NCBI GenBank assembly: GCA_965242865.1 | Contig: CBDETK010000013.1 | Coordinates: forward strand, 4,192,001 to 4,256,000 | Origin: Candidatus Latescibacterota bacterium | GTDB taxonomy: Bacteria > Latescibacterota > UBA2968 > UBA8231 | Reading direction: 5' to 3' | Length of the DNA: 64,000 bases | In this document: positions 1 through 9,271 of the stretch, piece after piece | How positions within the stretch are numbered: the first letter of the stretch is position 1 | How the letters are laid out: each line of letters opens with the position of its first letter | Notes under the pieces: generated by a model | The model's database searches: none | Told to the model about the DNA's origin: nothing | Seen by the model: the letters and a program-made list of their open reading frames with translations, nothing else | Position numbers and translations under genes: made by a program

Positions 1-290
1 CAGCGGCCGGCGTCGTTGAGGTGGGGGCCGCCGTAGCGGGCCGAATAGACCCCAGGGGCACCGGCGAGGGCATCCACTTCGAGCCCGGAGTCGTCGGCGA
101 GGGCGATCTGGCCGCTGGCCGCGGCATAAGCGCGGGCTTTGAGCTGGGCGTTGGCCGCAAAGGTCTGGCCGCTTTCCTCGACGCAGAGCTGCAAGCCGAG
201 GTCGGCCGGGGCGACGACCTCGACCTCGGCAAACAAGGCGCGGACTTCGCGGAGCTTACCGGCGTTGTTCGAGGCCAGCAGCAGCGCCAT
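1..290 (-). CDS. rdgB: Non-canonical purine NTP pyrophosphatase RdgB/HAM1 family (5' part; runs off window)
   Basis: Not in ORF track. Manual translation from ATG at 290: MALLLASNNAGKLREVR...EESGQTFAANAQLKA...ALADDSGLEVDALAGAPGVYSARYGG, the HAM1 motifs. Start overlaps the TPR gene stop (TAATG). Confidence 0.93.
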   Translation of the reverse strand, partial: MALLLASNNAGKLREVRALFAEVEVVAPADLGLQLCVEESGQTFAANAQLKARAYAAASGQIALADDSGLEVDALAGAPGVYSARYGGPHLNDAGR

Positions 291-1354
291 TACGGCTGTT
301 GGCGCTGCTCGTCGATCTCTGCGAGTTTGCTCGCCGCGTAGTCTTTGAAGCGACTGTCTTTCAATGCTAGGTTGTACCAGCGGCGCGCTTCCTCTCGCTG
401 GCCGAGTTGAAAATGCGCGTCGCCCAAGAGGGCTTCGGCGGCTCGGTAGTCGTCTTGACAACTCGTGGCGTGCCGGCCCTGCTCAATGGCTTGGCGGAAG
501 TTGCCCATGCCGTAGTGCGCCTCGCTCAGCCGGTAATACGTCTCGCAGTACGCGTCGTCTAAATCGGCGGCCTTGTTCAGCGGGGCAATGGCCTCGTGGA
601 ACCGGCCGAGCTGGTTGAGCGCGATGCCGAGCAAGCGGTGCCCTTCGACGTAGCTGGCGTCGATAGCTAGGGCCTTTTGCAAAAGCGGCACGACGCCCTC
701 TATGTCTTGAGTGTCGAACTTCACCCGCGCCAAGTCGCCGTATGATTCCATGTACGTGGGGTCGGCCTCTATGGAACGCTGGTAGGTGACGATGGATTTG
801 CCGTAATCGCGGCTGAGGCGCTGGATGTCGCCGAGGGCATTGTAGGGCCTAGCGTCGGTGGGGTCGGCCGCTATGGCCTCGGCAAAGGCCACTTTGGCCT
901 TGTCCTGCTCGCGCAGACCACTGTGGGCGAGGCCCATGATGTAGAGGGATTGGGCGCTTTGCGGGCTGAACTCGCGTGCGCTGGCAAAATAGTTGATGGA
1001 CTCGCGGTATTTCTTTTGGCGAAAGCTGTTGAGGGCGGCCTTTTGGTAGAGTTGGCCCAGGGCCTTGGCGGCCTGCTCCGGCTTGGTGCCGAGGGCGTGG
1101 GCCTTTTTGAAGCTACCGATGGCTTTGTCGTACTCGTTGAGGGCCTTGTAGGAAATGCCGAGGACGTAGTGAGCGTTCCCGTAGGAGGAATCGGCCGCCA
1201 CGGCCTTTTCTAGCTCGATAGCGGCGTTGCGGTAGTCGCTCTTCTTGACTAAGTCGTAGCCCTCGCGGAAGTAGTCGAGAGCTTCGGGCGCCTGGGCGAG
1301 GGCGGGGGCGTTCAAAAGCGCGAGGGCGAAACTGAGCAAGCGGCAGTACTGCAA
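290..1354 (-). CDS. Exported tetratricopeptide-repeat protein
   Basis: Signal peptide (…NAPALA-Q), about 9 TPR-like 34-aa units (AHYVLG, YNALG, HRLLG, ALLG); GAGGAG RBS before TTG start. Confidence 0.85.
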   Translation of the reverse strand: MQYCRLLSFALALLNAPALAQAPEALDYFREGYDLVKKSDYRNAAIELEKAVAADSSYGNAHYVLGISYKALNEYDKAIGSFKKAHALGTKPEQAAKALGQLYQKAALNSFRQKKYRESINYFASAREFSPQSAQSLYIMGLAHSGLREQDKAKVAFAEAIAADPTDARPYNALGDIQRLSRDYGKSIVTYQRSIEADPTYMESYGDLARVKFDTQDIEGVVPLLQKALAIDASYVEGHRLLGIALNQLGRFHEAIAPLNKAADLDDAYCETYYRLSEAHYGMGNFRQAIEQGRHATSCQDDYRAAEALLGDAHFQLGQREEARRWYNLALKDSRFKDYAASKLAEIDEQRQQP

Positions 1355-1369
1355 AATGGAATCTCCTCT

Positions 1370-1603
1370 TTAGCGGCGGGCGGCGAGCCGGGCTTCGACT
1401 TCGCCGTGGTCGGGAAAGCGGCCTTCTTGGAGCTTGGAAAAGATCAGCTCGCCATCGAGGCTGAGTTCAAACCGCCCTCGGTCTGAGGGGATTAGCGAGA
1501 AGGCCGCGATGTCTGTTTTGTAGGCGACGAGTAGCTGTTCCGCCAAACTGGCGGCTCTGGTTTCGTAGCCTCAAGCCGAGCAGTAAACGAGTTGTAGGTT
1601 CAC
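1370..1603 (-). CDS. SelT/SelW/SelH (Rdx) family selenoprotein, 77 aa, CxxU motif
   Basis: GGAGG RBS then GTG at 1603; reads MNLQLVYCSA-TGA(1571-1573)-GYETRAASLAEQLL...LIPSDRGRFELSLDGELIFSKLQEGRFPDHGEVEARLAARR*. The sequence after TGA matches the Rdx consensus (G.FE...DG.LIFSK...GRFP). Confidence 0.9.
1540..1570 (-). promoter_or_regulatory. Candidate bacterial SECIS hairpin
   Basis: Minus strand, 16 nt after the UGA: CCGCCA-GTT-TGGCGG (1554-1540), a short stem with a G-first apical loop. Confidence 0.65.
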
Positions 1604-1693
1604 GGGAAACCTCCTGTGGAATAGGGATGGAAAGAGTATAAAAGCCACTAGGAGGATTGTCAAAAACGGCGACCTAGCGCAGTGGACGGTGTT

Positions 1694-1736
1694 ATGGTCG
1701 GCTCTTATTTTAACGGCATGGTCGGCTCTTATTTTA
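1694..1736. repeat. 19-bp perfect direct repeat x2 (ATGGTCGGCTCTTATTTTA), 24-bp period, in divergent intergenic region
   Basis: Copies at 1694-1712 and 1718-1736. Confidence 0.9.
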
Positions 1737-1756
1737 GGAACCAAAAATTTGGCCCC

Positions 1757-2632
1757 ATGCGGCTCGCCCTTTGGGCCTTGCTGCTGGGGGCGGGCTCGAA
1801 CATCGCGTGTAGCGGCCCCTCGCCGGAAGAGTACATTCACCAGCTCAAAAGCCAGCAAAAAGCCGAGCGCACCAAAGCCGCCAATCAACTCATCCGCTTC
1901 GACGCCGACGAGGTCGTCCCCCGGCTGATTGAGGAGGCCGACTCCGGCTACATCCGCGTGCGGTTTGAGGTGGTGCAGCTGTTGGGCCGCTTTAAGGACG
2001 AGCGCGCCGTGCCGGCCTTGGTCGCCACCCTAGGCGATAGGTCGCCGCGGGTGGCGGCCGCGGCCGCGTGGGCGTTGGGTCAGATCGGCTCGCCCACCGC
2101 GCTCGCCGCGTTGCTCAAATACGTGCGCGACCCCTCGGCCGAAGTGCGCCAATACGTGCTGGGTGCGCTCGGGCCGTGCCATTCGTACGAGGCCGAGCCG
2201 GCCTTGAGCGACTCGGCCTTCCGCGTGGTGCGCCGCGCCTTGCGCGCCCCCAAGCCCAAGTGGCGGATCGCCGCCTTGCAGAGCCTGCGCATCTATGGAT
2301 ACCGCGACGCGGCCGAAGAAGTCATTCGCATGTCGCTGGATCCCTCGGACGAGGTGCGCTACGTGGCCGTGCAGGCCCTCGGCCAGATTGGGCAGGCCCC
2401 GCTCGGCCGCTCCGCCCGCTCCGCGATCTACCAAGCCCTGTTGGTCGCGCTCGATGCCGACGAGCTGCAAAGCATCCGCAGCAAGGCCGTACATGCCCTC
2501 GCGGAGGTGGGCGATGGGCGCGCCGTGCCGCACTTGCAGCGGCTGATGAGGGAGGGCACGGAAGAAGACCGGATCGCGGTGCGACAGGCTTTGCACAAGC
2601 TAAGCCCCCAAGTCGCTGACGCGCTGAACTAG
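1757..2632 (+). CDS. HEAT/PBS-lyase repeat protein, probable lipoprotein
   Basis: ATG 1757 gives MRLALWALLLGAGSNIAC (lipobox-like); repeated VR..A..ALG / D.RAVP.L units. Confidence 0.8.
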   Translation: MRLALWALLLGAGSNIACSGPSPEEYIHQLKSQQKAERTKAANQLIRFDADEVVPRLIEEADSGYIRVRFEVVQLLGRFKDERAVPALVATLGDRSPRVAAAAAWALGQIGSPTALAALLKYVRDPSAEVRQYVLGALGPCHSYEAEPALSDSAFRVVRRALRAPKPKWRIAALQSLRIYGYRDAAEEVIRMSLDPSDEVRYVAVQALGQIGQAPLGRSARSAIYQALLVALDADELQSIRSKAVHALAEVGDGRAVPHLQRLMREGTEEDRIAVRQALHKLSPQVADALN

Positions 2633-2652
2633 CTAGGAGCGAGAGGAGCGAG

Positions 2653-3531
2653 ATGAAGGAACTAAAGATAGGCTTCCCATCCGGGAGCTTGAAGGAGTCC
2701 ACGTTTGATCTGTTTGTCCGCGCCGGCTATCGGGTGCGGCTCGCGCCGCGCTCGTACGTGCCCGACATCGACGACCCCCAGCTCGCTGGCCTGATGTTCC
2801 GGGCGCAGGAAATCGCCCAGTACGTGGCGCGCGGCGTCGTCGATGTGGGCCTGACGGGCCGAGACTGGATCCTCGAAAGCGAGGCTGATGTAATCGAAGT
2901 CGGCGAACTGACGTACAGCAAGAGCACGGCGCGGCCCTTGCGCTGGGTCATCGCCGTGCCCGAGGCTTCCCCCATCCAATGCGTTGAAGACCTGCAGGGC
3001 CGTCGCATTGCCAGCGAGCTAGTCGGGGTGACGCGCCGCTTCTTGCAGGCGCGGGGCGTGGAGGCCGAGGTGGAGTTTTCGTGGGGCGCGACCGAGGTCA
3101 AGGCCGGCATTCCCGGGCTGGTCGACGCGGTCGTCGAGGCGACCGAGACGGGCGCATCGCTCAAGGCCAACCGGCTGCGCGTCGTCGCTGCGGTCTGCGA
3201 ATCAACCCCGCGCTTGATCGCCAACGAGGCCGCGTGGGCCGATGGCTGGAAGCGGGAGAAGGCCGAGAACTTGCTCATGCTGCTCAAGGGGGCGCTCGAA
3301 GCCGAGCACAAGGTCGGCCTCAAAATGAACGTGCCGCGCGCCCAGCTCGACCGCGTCATCGCCCGGCTGCCGGCCCTGCACACGCCCACGGTCTCCAGCC
3401 AGATGGACGACGAATGGGTCGCGCTGGAAATCGTCGCGGACGAGCGGGTGGTGCGCGAGCTCATCCCCCCGCTCAAGCGGCTCGGAGCCGAAGGCATCAT
3501 CGAATACCCGCTCAACAAGGTCGTGTACTAA
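2653..3531 (+). CDS. hisG: ATP phosphoribosyltransferase, long form
   Basis: PSGSL, RAQEI, DVGLTGRD, GATE, TETGASL and C-terminal regulatory domain (PTVS, GAEGIIEYP). Confidence 0.96.
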   Translation: MKELKIGFPSGSLKESTFDLFVRAGYRVRLAPRSYVPDIDDPQLAGLMFRAQEIAQYVARGVVDVGLTGRDWILESEADVIEVGELTYSKSTARPLRWVIAVPEASPIQCVEDLQGRRIASELVGVTRRFLQARGVEAEVEFSWGATEVKAGIPGLVDAVVEATETGASLKANRLRVVAAVCESTPRLIANEAAWADGWKREKAENLLMLLKGALEAEHKVGLKMNVPRAQLDRVIARLPALHTPTVSSQMDDEWVALEIVADERVVRELIPPLKRLGAEGIIEYPLNKVVY

Positions 3532-4829
3532 TGGTGCCCATCGCGTCCTATCCAGCCGAGCCGCTGGCCCCCCCGCTGGCCGCCCTGCTGGCACGCCGCC
3601 CCGAGCTCGACGCCGAGGTTGAAGAAGCCGTGCGGAGCATTGTGCGGCAGGTGCGGGAAGAAGGCGATGCCGCGCTGTGTGCGCTGACTCAGCGCTTTGA
3701 TGGCGTGGAGATAAGCCCGCAGCAGGTGCAGGTGCCCGCGTCCGTGCTCGCCGAGGCCGAGGCCGCGCTCGACCCGAGTCTGCGCGCCGCCATGACCGAG
3801 GCGGTGGCCCATATCCGCGCCTTCCACGAGCGGCAAAAGCTCAACCCTTGGTTTGTCGAAGCGGGCGACGGGGCGATGCTGGGTCAGAAAATCACGCCGA
3901 TTGAGCGGGTGGGCCTGTGTGTGCCGGCCGGCGAGGTGCCGCTGTTTTCGAGCCTGCTGATGACGGCCGTGCCCGCGCAGGTGGCTGGCGTGGACCAGCT
4001 CTGCGTGGTCACGCCGCCCGTAGCGCCCGGCCGGCCAGCCCCAGCCATTGCGGCGGCCGCGCACTTGTTGGGCATTGACGAGGTGTATGCCGTGGGGGGG
4101 GCGCAGGCCGTGGCCGCGCTCGCCTATGGCACGGAGAGCATCCGGCCGGTCCACAAGATCGTCGGCCCGGGCTCGCCCTATACGGTGGCGGCGCAGCGGC
4201 AGGTTTTTGGCGCGGTGGGTATCGCGCTGCTGCCCGGCCCGTCGGAAATCGCGGTGCTGGCCGACGCAGGGGCCGACCCGCGTTGGATCGCCGCGGACTT
4301 ACTGGCGCAAGCCGAGCACGGCTGGGGGGTCGCGGCCGTGTGCATCACGGACTGCGCGGCCCTAGCGCGCCGCGTCCAAGAGGAACTCGAAGCGCAACGA
4401 GCGGCCCTCCCGCGCTATTCTATTATAGATAGTGCCTTAGAACAGTACGGCGCGATTGTCGTGGTGCCGAGCCTAGCAGTGGGGATTGAGCTACTCAACC
4501 GCCTAGCGCCGGAACACGCCGAATTGCAGGTGGCCGATCCTTGGCGCTGGGTGGATTCAGTGCGCCACTGCGGCGCGCTCTTCCTCGGCGCGGCCTCCAC
4601 CGAGCCGGTCGGCGATTACTTCGCTGGCACCAATCACGTGCTGCCGACGCAAGGCGCGGCTCGCTACGCCTCGTCGTTGGGCTGGGCTGACTTCGTCAAG
4701 ACCACGAGCATCATCGCGTACACCCCCGAGCGCTTGGCCCGCGCGGCCGACCCCATCGTCCGCATGGCCCGAGCCGAGGGCCTTGAGGGGCACGCCCACG
4801 CCGTCCGCATCCGCCAACAGCCGGCATGA
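3531..4829 (+). CDS. hisD: Histidinol dehydrogenase
   Basis: ATG overlapping hisG TAA; GGAQAVAALAYGT, GPSE, QAEH, APEH, GDYFAGTNHVLPT. Confidence 0.97.
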   Translation: MVPIASYPAEPLAPPLAALLARRPELDAEVEEAVRSIVRQVREEGDAALCALTQRFDGVEISPQQVQVPASVLAEAEAALDPSLRAAMTEAVAHIRAFHERQKLNPWFVEAGDGAMLGQKITPIERVGLCVPAGEVPLFSSLLMTAVPAQVAGVDQLCVVTPPVAPGRPAPAIAAAAHLLGIDEVYAVGGAQAVAALAYGTESIRPVHKIVGPGSPYTVAAQRQVFGAVGIALLPGPSEIAVLADAGADPRWIAADLLAQAEHGWGVAAVCITDCAALARRVQEELEAQRAALPRYSIIDSALEQYGAIVVVPSLAVGIELLNRLAPEHAELQVADPWRWVDSVRHCGALFLGAASTEPVGDYFAGTNHVLPTQGAARYASSLGWADFVKTTSIIAYTPERLARAADPIVRMARAEGLEGHAHAVRIRQQPA

Positions 4830-5422
4830 GCACCGAGGCCCGCACGGCGCAGATTGTGCGCCAGACGACCGAGACCGAAATCGAGCTGCGGCTGGCTCTC
4901 GATGGCCGCGGCCAGTGCCGCGCGGATACCGGCCTCGGCTTCTTTGATCACATGCTCCACTCCTTTGCCCGGCACGGCCTGTGCGACCTAGCAGTCCAAT
5001 GCCGCGGCGACCTGCACGTGGATGCCCACCACACCGTGGAAGACGTAGGAATTTGTCTCGGCCAAGCCATCGCCCAAGCCTTGGGCGACAAAGTCGGCAT
5101 CCAACGCTATGGCCACAGCTACGTGCCCATGGACGAGGCGCTGGCCCGGGCGGTGGTGGATTTGTCGGGGCGGGCCTACTTGGTCTTTGCCGCGGCCTTT
5201 AGCGAGGAGCGGGTCGGTGCGCTCGATGTGTCCTTAGTGCGCGAATTCTTCTACGCCGTGGCCGACCAAGGCCGGATGAATCTCCACCTCGACCTCGTGC
5301 GCGGCCACAACGCCCATCACGGCATTGAGGCCCTCTTCAAGGCGTTCGCCCGCGCCCTGCTCATGGCCGCACAGCGGCACGAGCGAGTGGAGGGCGTCCC
5401 TTCGACCAAGGGCGTGCTCTGA
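4826..5422 (+). CDS. hisB: Imidazoleglycerol-phosphate dehydratase
   Basis: FFDHML, DAHHTVED, PMDEAL, NAHHGIEALFKA, PSTKGVL. Confidence 0.97.
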   Translation: MSTEARTAQIVRQTTETEIELRLALDGRGQCRADTGLGFFDHMLHSFARHGLCDLAVQCRGDLHVDAHHTVEDVGICLGQAIAQALGDKVGIQRYGHSYVPMDEALARAVVDLSGRAYLVFAAAFSEERVGALDVSLVREFFYAVADQGRMNLHLDLVRGHNAHHGIEALFKAFARALLMAAQRHERVEGVPSTKGVL

Positions 5423-5439
5423 GGCGCGCGCACTCGCCC

Positions 5440-6558
5440 ATGAAGATCTGCCACTTGATGTACGACGACATCGCCAACCCGTGGTTGGGCGGCGGCGGCG
5501 CGGTGCGGGCGCTGGAGCTGTACCGCCGCCTGTCTAGCCGCCACGAGATCACCGTGGTCAGCGGCCTTTTCCCCGGGGCCGAGCCAGAAACCGAACAGCA
5601 CGGCCTGCGCCTGTTGCGCGTTGGCTCGGCCCGCAGCTACGCCCAGAGCCGCTTGGGCTATTGCCGAGCGGCCGTAGCCCAGCTACAGCGGCTGGAGTGG
5701 GACCTGTGGATCAATGAGTTTTCGGCCTTCGCGCCCTTGCGCGTCCCGGCCGCGTTGCGGCAACAGGGCCTGCTTTTGTTTTATCACTTCATGGGCCTGC
5801 ACGCCCTCGCCAAACATCCGCTGGTGGGCGGCGTGGCGTGGCTGTGCGAGCAGCGCGCGTTGCGGGCATGGCCCCGTATCTTGACGATTGCCCCTAGCGT
5901 ACAGGCGCGCATTGAGCGGCATGCTCCCGGCGCGGCGGTCGATATAGTGCATAGCGGCGTCGATCGCCGCTTTTTCGCGCTCGCGCCCGAGGACGGTCCG
6001 TACCTGCTCTACTTTGGCCGCATGGACATCCACACCAAGGGGATTGACCTGTTGATCGCTGCGTTTGCCGAGATTGCCGCCGAGCATCGGGATATTCACC
6101 TCAAGCTGGCGGGGCGCGGCACCCCTGCACAGCTCGCTCGCGTCCGCAACTTGGCGCGGCGGTCGGGATTGGCGGACCGCGTGGAGGTGCTAGGGAGTGT
6201 GGAAGAGGAGCAAAAGGGCGAACTCTTGCGGCGCGCCCTCGTGGTCTGCCTCCCGTCCCGCTACGAGGGTTGGTGCATGGTGGCCGTAGAAGCGGCCGCG
6301 GCCGGCAAGGTCGTATTGGGCACCAACATCGATGGCCTGCGCGACGCCGTGCGCCACGACGAGACCGGGGTGTTGGTCCCCTCCGGCGATGCGGGTGCCT
6401 TGGCGGCCGGAATGCGGGCGTTGATCGCCGATGCCCCAAGGCGGCAGGCACTGGGGGCCGCGGCCCGAGCGTGGGCTAAGGGGTTTGGCTGGGATCGGTT
6501 GGCCGAGGAGTTGGAGAACGTGTATTTGCGCGCTGTTGAGGAAATGGAACAGGCTTAG
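5440..6558 (+). CDS. GT4 family glycosyltransferase
   Basis: N-terminal GGG, GR...KG.D.L, PSRYEGW...EA motifs. Confidence 0.9.
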   Translation: MKICHLMYDDIANPWLGGGGAVRALELYRRLSSRHEITVVSGLFPGAEPETEQHGLRLLRVGSARSYAQSRLGYCRAAVAQLQRLEWDLWINEFSAFAPLRVPAALRQQGLLLFYHFMGLHALAKHPLVGGVAWLCEQRALRAWPRILTIAPSVQARIERHAPGAAVDIVHSGVDRRFFALAPEDGPYLLYFGRMDIHTKGIDLLIAAFAEIAAEHRDIHLKLAGRGTPAQLARVRNLARRSGLADRVEVLGSVEEEQKGELLRRALVVCLPSRYEGWCMVAVEAAAAGKVVLGTNIDGLRDAVRHDETGVLVPSGDAGALAAGMRALIADAPRRQALGAAARAWAKGFGWDRLAEELENVYLRAVEEMEQA

Positions 6559-6581
6559 GCCATTGCGGAGGGATTGGATTT

Positions 6582-9038
6582 ATGGTTAAAAAAGACAAAC
6601 GCGCCAAGCCCCAAGCCCCGGCCAAGGCCGCCGGGTCGCCGCTGTGGAATCGCCGCCTGTTCCCCCCGGTCTTCTTCCTCGCCCTGAGCCTGCTGTACTT
6701 TCACGAGTTCCCCCTCTCAGACAAGATCGTCTATGGCTTGGACGTGGGCACCGATTACCACCGAGGCGCGGGTCTGAGCTTTTGGGACAAGGTGCAAACG
6801 GTGGCGCAGCCCCTGTGGGACCCCAAGATGGGCGGCTTTCCCCAGTCCGAGGGCATTCGCCCCCAGTACTTCCCGACTTACGTCCTGTATTTTTTCACCA
6901 CCTTTCAGCGCTACATCGGCTGGCGCTACATCCTGACGATGTTCGTCGCCGGCTTGGGCATGTACGCGTACTTGCGCCAAATCCACGTGGGCGGTCGCGC
7001 CGCGCTGTGGGGCGGGCTGGCCTTCATGTCCGCGCCGACCTTCTTGGCGTTTCCCTTGGCCGGCCACTATGCCAAGATGGGCGTTATCGCCCTTTTTCCG
7101 TGGATCCTCTGGGCGTTGGAACGAGCCTGGGCGCAGGGTCGGCTGCTCTATTGGGCGGTGCTCGGTGCGCTGATTGGGACGTGTATTTACTCCCATCCGC
7201 CGATGACGTACTTCGCGCTGTTGGGCCTCGGCGTCTATTTCCTGTTTAAGCTGTACCAGACGCGCCGCGACCGGGCTTTGGTGCGGCGCGTGGTGCATTT
7301 TGCCGGCGCGGTCGGGCTGGGCTTGGCCTTGGGGGCCGAAGGGGCGTTTCCGGTGATGCTCTACACCCGCTCCGAGTCCAAGCGGGCCACGGGCGACGAG
7401 GTGGGAGGCAAGACCGCAGCCGAGCAACTCGCGTATGCGCGGAGCTGGTCGCTGCACCCCGAGGAAGTGGCTTCGCTGGTCGTCCCGGAGTTCGGCGGGT
7501 ACGACGACCTGCTCGTAGAGGGAGGCTCCCGCTATTGGGGCCGCAACGCGTTTAAGATCAACTCCGAGTACTTTGGCGCGTTGGCCGTGCTCTTGGCTTT
7601 GTTGATGATGCCGGAATGGCGTCGTCGCCCCCAAGTGGCGCTGTTGGCTGGAGTGTTTGTGCTGGCGTTGGCTTACGTCTTGGGCGAGCACACGCCCGTC
7701 CACTGGCTGGCGTTTCACCTGCTGCCCGGGGCGGATGTGCAGCGCGCCATTGGCATGGGGTCGTTTGTATTCGCGTTTGCCGGGTGTGCGCTGGCCGGGT
7801 TGGGCTTGCAGCGGGTATTAGACGCCGGCGCGGACGAGCGGGCCTTGCTGCGGGGCCGCTTGGCTTATGTCGGCGGCATCCTCGCCGCGCTCGCCCTGCT
7901 GGTCGCGCTTTTTCCCCAGGGGGCGACCGATGCTTGGGTGCGCGTGTTTTACGAGGACATTGCGCCGCAAAAGCGGGCCGTGTTGGCCGCCAGCTACGAT
8001 TGGATCGCCCGCGGCGGCTGGTGCGTCGCGCTGGCAGTGGGCGCGGGCGCAGCCTTGCTCTATCTGCGGCTGGGGGGCCAGCTTTCGGCGACCGCGCTGG
8101 TGGCTGGCTTGTGCGCGGTGACCTTGTTCGACACGTGGCGCGTCGATCGGGTCTATTTGCACTATCGGGAGCCGGGCCGCTACCCGGACATTCGCCGGGA
8201 GAACGCACGCACCGTGCAGTTTTTGCAACGCGATGAGTCGCTCTTTCGCATTTTGCCCTTGCCTAGCTTCCGGGTGCTGGAGGAACCGGGCTATCACTTG
8301 CACGGCGTTTGGTCCATCACGGGCTTTCACGATTTAACGGTGGGCCGCTACGACCGGATGCTAAAGGAGTTTGAGCCGCTGGTGCAGCAGTTTTTGCACA
8401 CGGGCGTACCGTCTGCGGCGTTCCAGTCTTTGTTGAACTTGCTCAACGGCCAGTACTTGGCCGCGCCCAAGCCGTTCGCCTTGAATGGGGCGGCGTATCC
8501 GCTGCGCTTTGAGGGGGAGCGCTATCGTCTGTACGAAAATCCGCAGGCTTTGCCGTGGTTTTACCTAGCAGCCGAGGCCGAGGTTTTGGCCGATGGCGAG
8601 GCGGTTTTGACGCGGCTATTGAGCGGCCGGGCCGACCCTCAGCGCGTGGCTTTGCTGGAACGGGCGCCGGTGGTGCGGCTTGATGGCGCGGGTGACCGGG
8701 CCGACGACCGGGTTGAGCGGCTGGCTTATGACCCGGCGGGCGGGCTGATCCGCCTGCGGACGCACAGCGCGGGGCCGCGCTTGTTGGTGGTGTCGGAGAA
8801 CTACCAATCGAATTGGTCGGTGTGGGTGGATGGGCAGGAGGCTGAGATGCTGCGGGTACACTATATATGGAAGGGGGTGGCGTTGCCGCCCGGCGAACAC
8901 GAGGTGGAGTTTCGCTATTTTTCGCGGGTATTAGCGTGGTCGCGGGGGGCGGTTTTGGTGGGGTTGGTGGTGGTGATGGGCGTGGTTGTGGGGGCGTTGC
9001 GGCGGGGGCGGCGGGATGAAACGGATGGGGGGCGGTGA
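6582..9038 (+). CDS. YfhO-like polytopic membrane protein (GT-C fold)
   Basis: Many TM segments; C-terminal LLVVSENY..W..WVDG...KGVALPPGEHEVEFRY plus final TM, typical of YfhO. Confidence 0.82.
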   Translation: MVKKDKRAKPQAPAKAAGSPLWNRRLFPPVFFLALSLLYFHEFPLSDKIVYGLDVGTDYHRGAGLSFWDKVQTVAQPLWDPKMGGFPQSEGIRPQYFPTYVLYFFTTFQRYIGWRYILTMFVAGLGMYAYLRQIHVGGRAALWGGLAFMSAPTFLAFPLAGHYAKMGVIALFPWILWALERAWAQGRLLYWAVLGALIGTCIYSHPPMTYFALLGLGVYFLFKLYQTRRDRALVRRVVHFAGAVGLGLALGAEGAFPVMLYTRSESKRATGDEVGGKTAAEQLAYARSWSLHPEEVASLVVPEFGGYDDLLVEGGSRYWGRNAFKINSEYFGALAVLLALLMMPEWRRRPQVALLAGVFVLALAYVLGEHTPVHWLAFHLLPGADVQRAIGMGSFVFAFAGCALAGLGLQRVLDAGADERALLRGRLAYVGGILAALALLVALFPQGATDAWVRVFYEDIAPQKRAVLAASYDWIARGGWCVALAVGAGAALLYLRLGGQLSATALVAGLCAVTLFDTWRVDRVYLHYREPGRYPDIRRENARTVQFLQRDESLFRILPLPSFRVLEEPGYHLHGVWSITGFHDLTVGRYDRMLKEFEPLVQQFLHTGVPSAAFQSLLNLLNGQYLAAPKPFALNGAAYPLRFEGERYRLYENPQALPWFYLAAEAEVLADGEAVLTRLLSGRADPQRVALLERAPVVRLDGAGDRADDRVERLAYDPAGGLIRLRTHSAGPRLLVVSENYQSNWSVWVDGQEAEMLRVHYIWKGVALPPGEHEVEFRYFSRVLAWSRGAVLVGLVVVMGVVVGALRRGRRDETDGGR

Positions 9039-9090
9039 TATTTGCCCAAATCAGCTTAGGAGGAGGCGTTTTCTATGGACAGTAGCATGA
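8890..9090 (+). repeat. Direct-repeat block A, copy 1 (3' end of YfhO-like gene through ATGGACAGTAGCATGA)
   Basis: 8890-8937 is identical to 11528-11575 (48 bp); 9056-9090 is identical to 11656-11690 (35 bp); the G-rich sequence between is similar. Confidence 0.92.
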
Positions 9091-9253
9091 CCGATCTCGT
9101 CGAGCATAGATTGAATGTAAGGACGCTCTTGCCAGAGTAGAGGAAAACATGAAGCATACAGCGACTAAAGCATGGGTCCTTGGCGGGGTTCTCGGGGGGA
9201 TGGCTATTGCCGCGACAATAGCTGGAACCATTTTGAGATATTGGCCGGGTTGA
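9075..9253 (+). pseudogene. Frameshifted small coiled-coil/C-terminal-TM gene, or a 34-aa membrane peptide from ATG 9149
   Basis: AGGAGG then MDSSMTDLVEHRL.. stops at 9140. A shifted frame reads KDALARVEENMKHTATKAWVLGGVLGGMAIAATIAGTILRYWPG*. Confidence 0.55.
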
Positions 9254-9271
9254 CCCTTCCTAAGAGCAGGT

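Noticed and set aside
1694-1736. Possible mini-CRISPR
   Set aside because: Two 19-bp copies with a 5-bp spacer, no cas genes.
1571-1888. 105-aa minus-strand ORF in the track
   Set aside because: Only its last 10 codons are real (start of the selenoprotein); the rest overlaps the HEAT gene antisense and the intergenic repeat.
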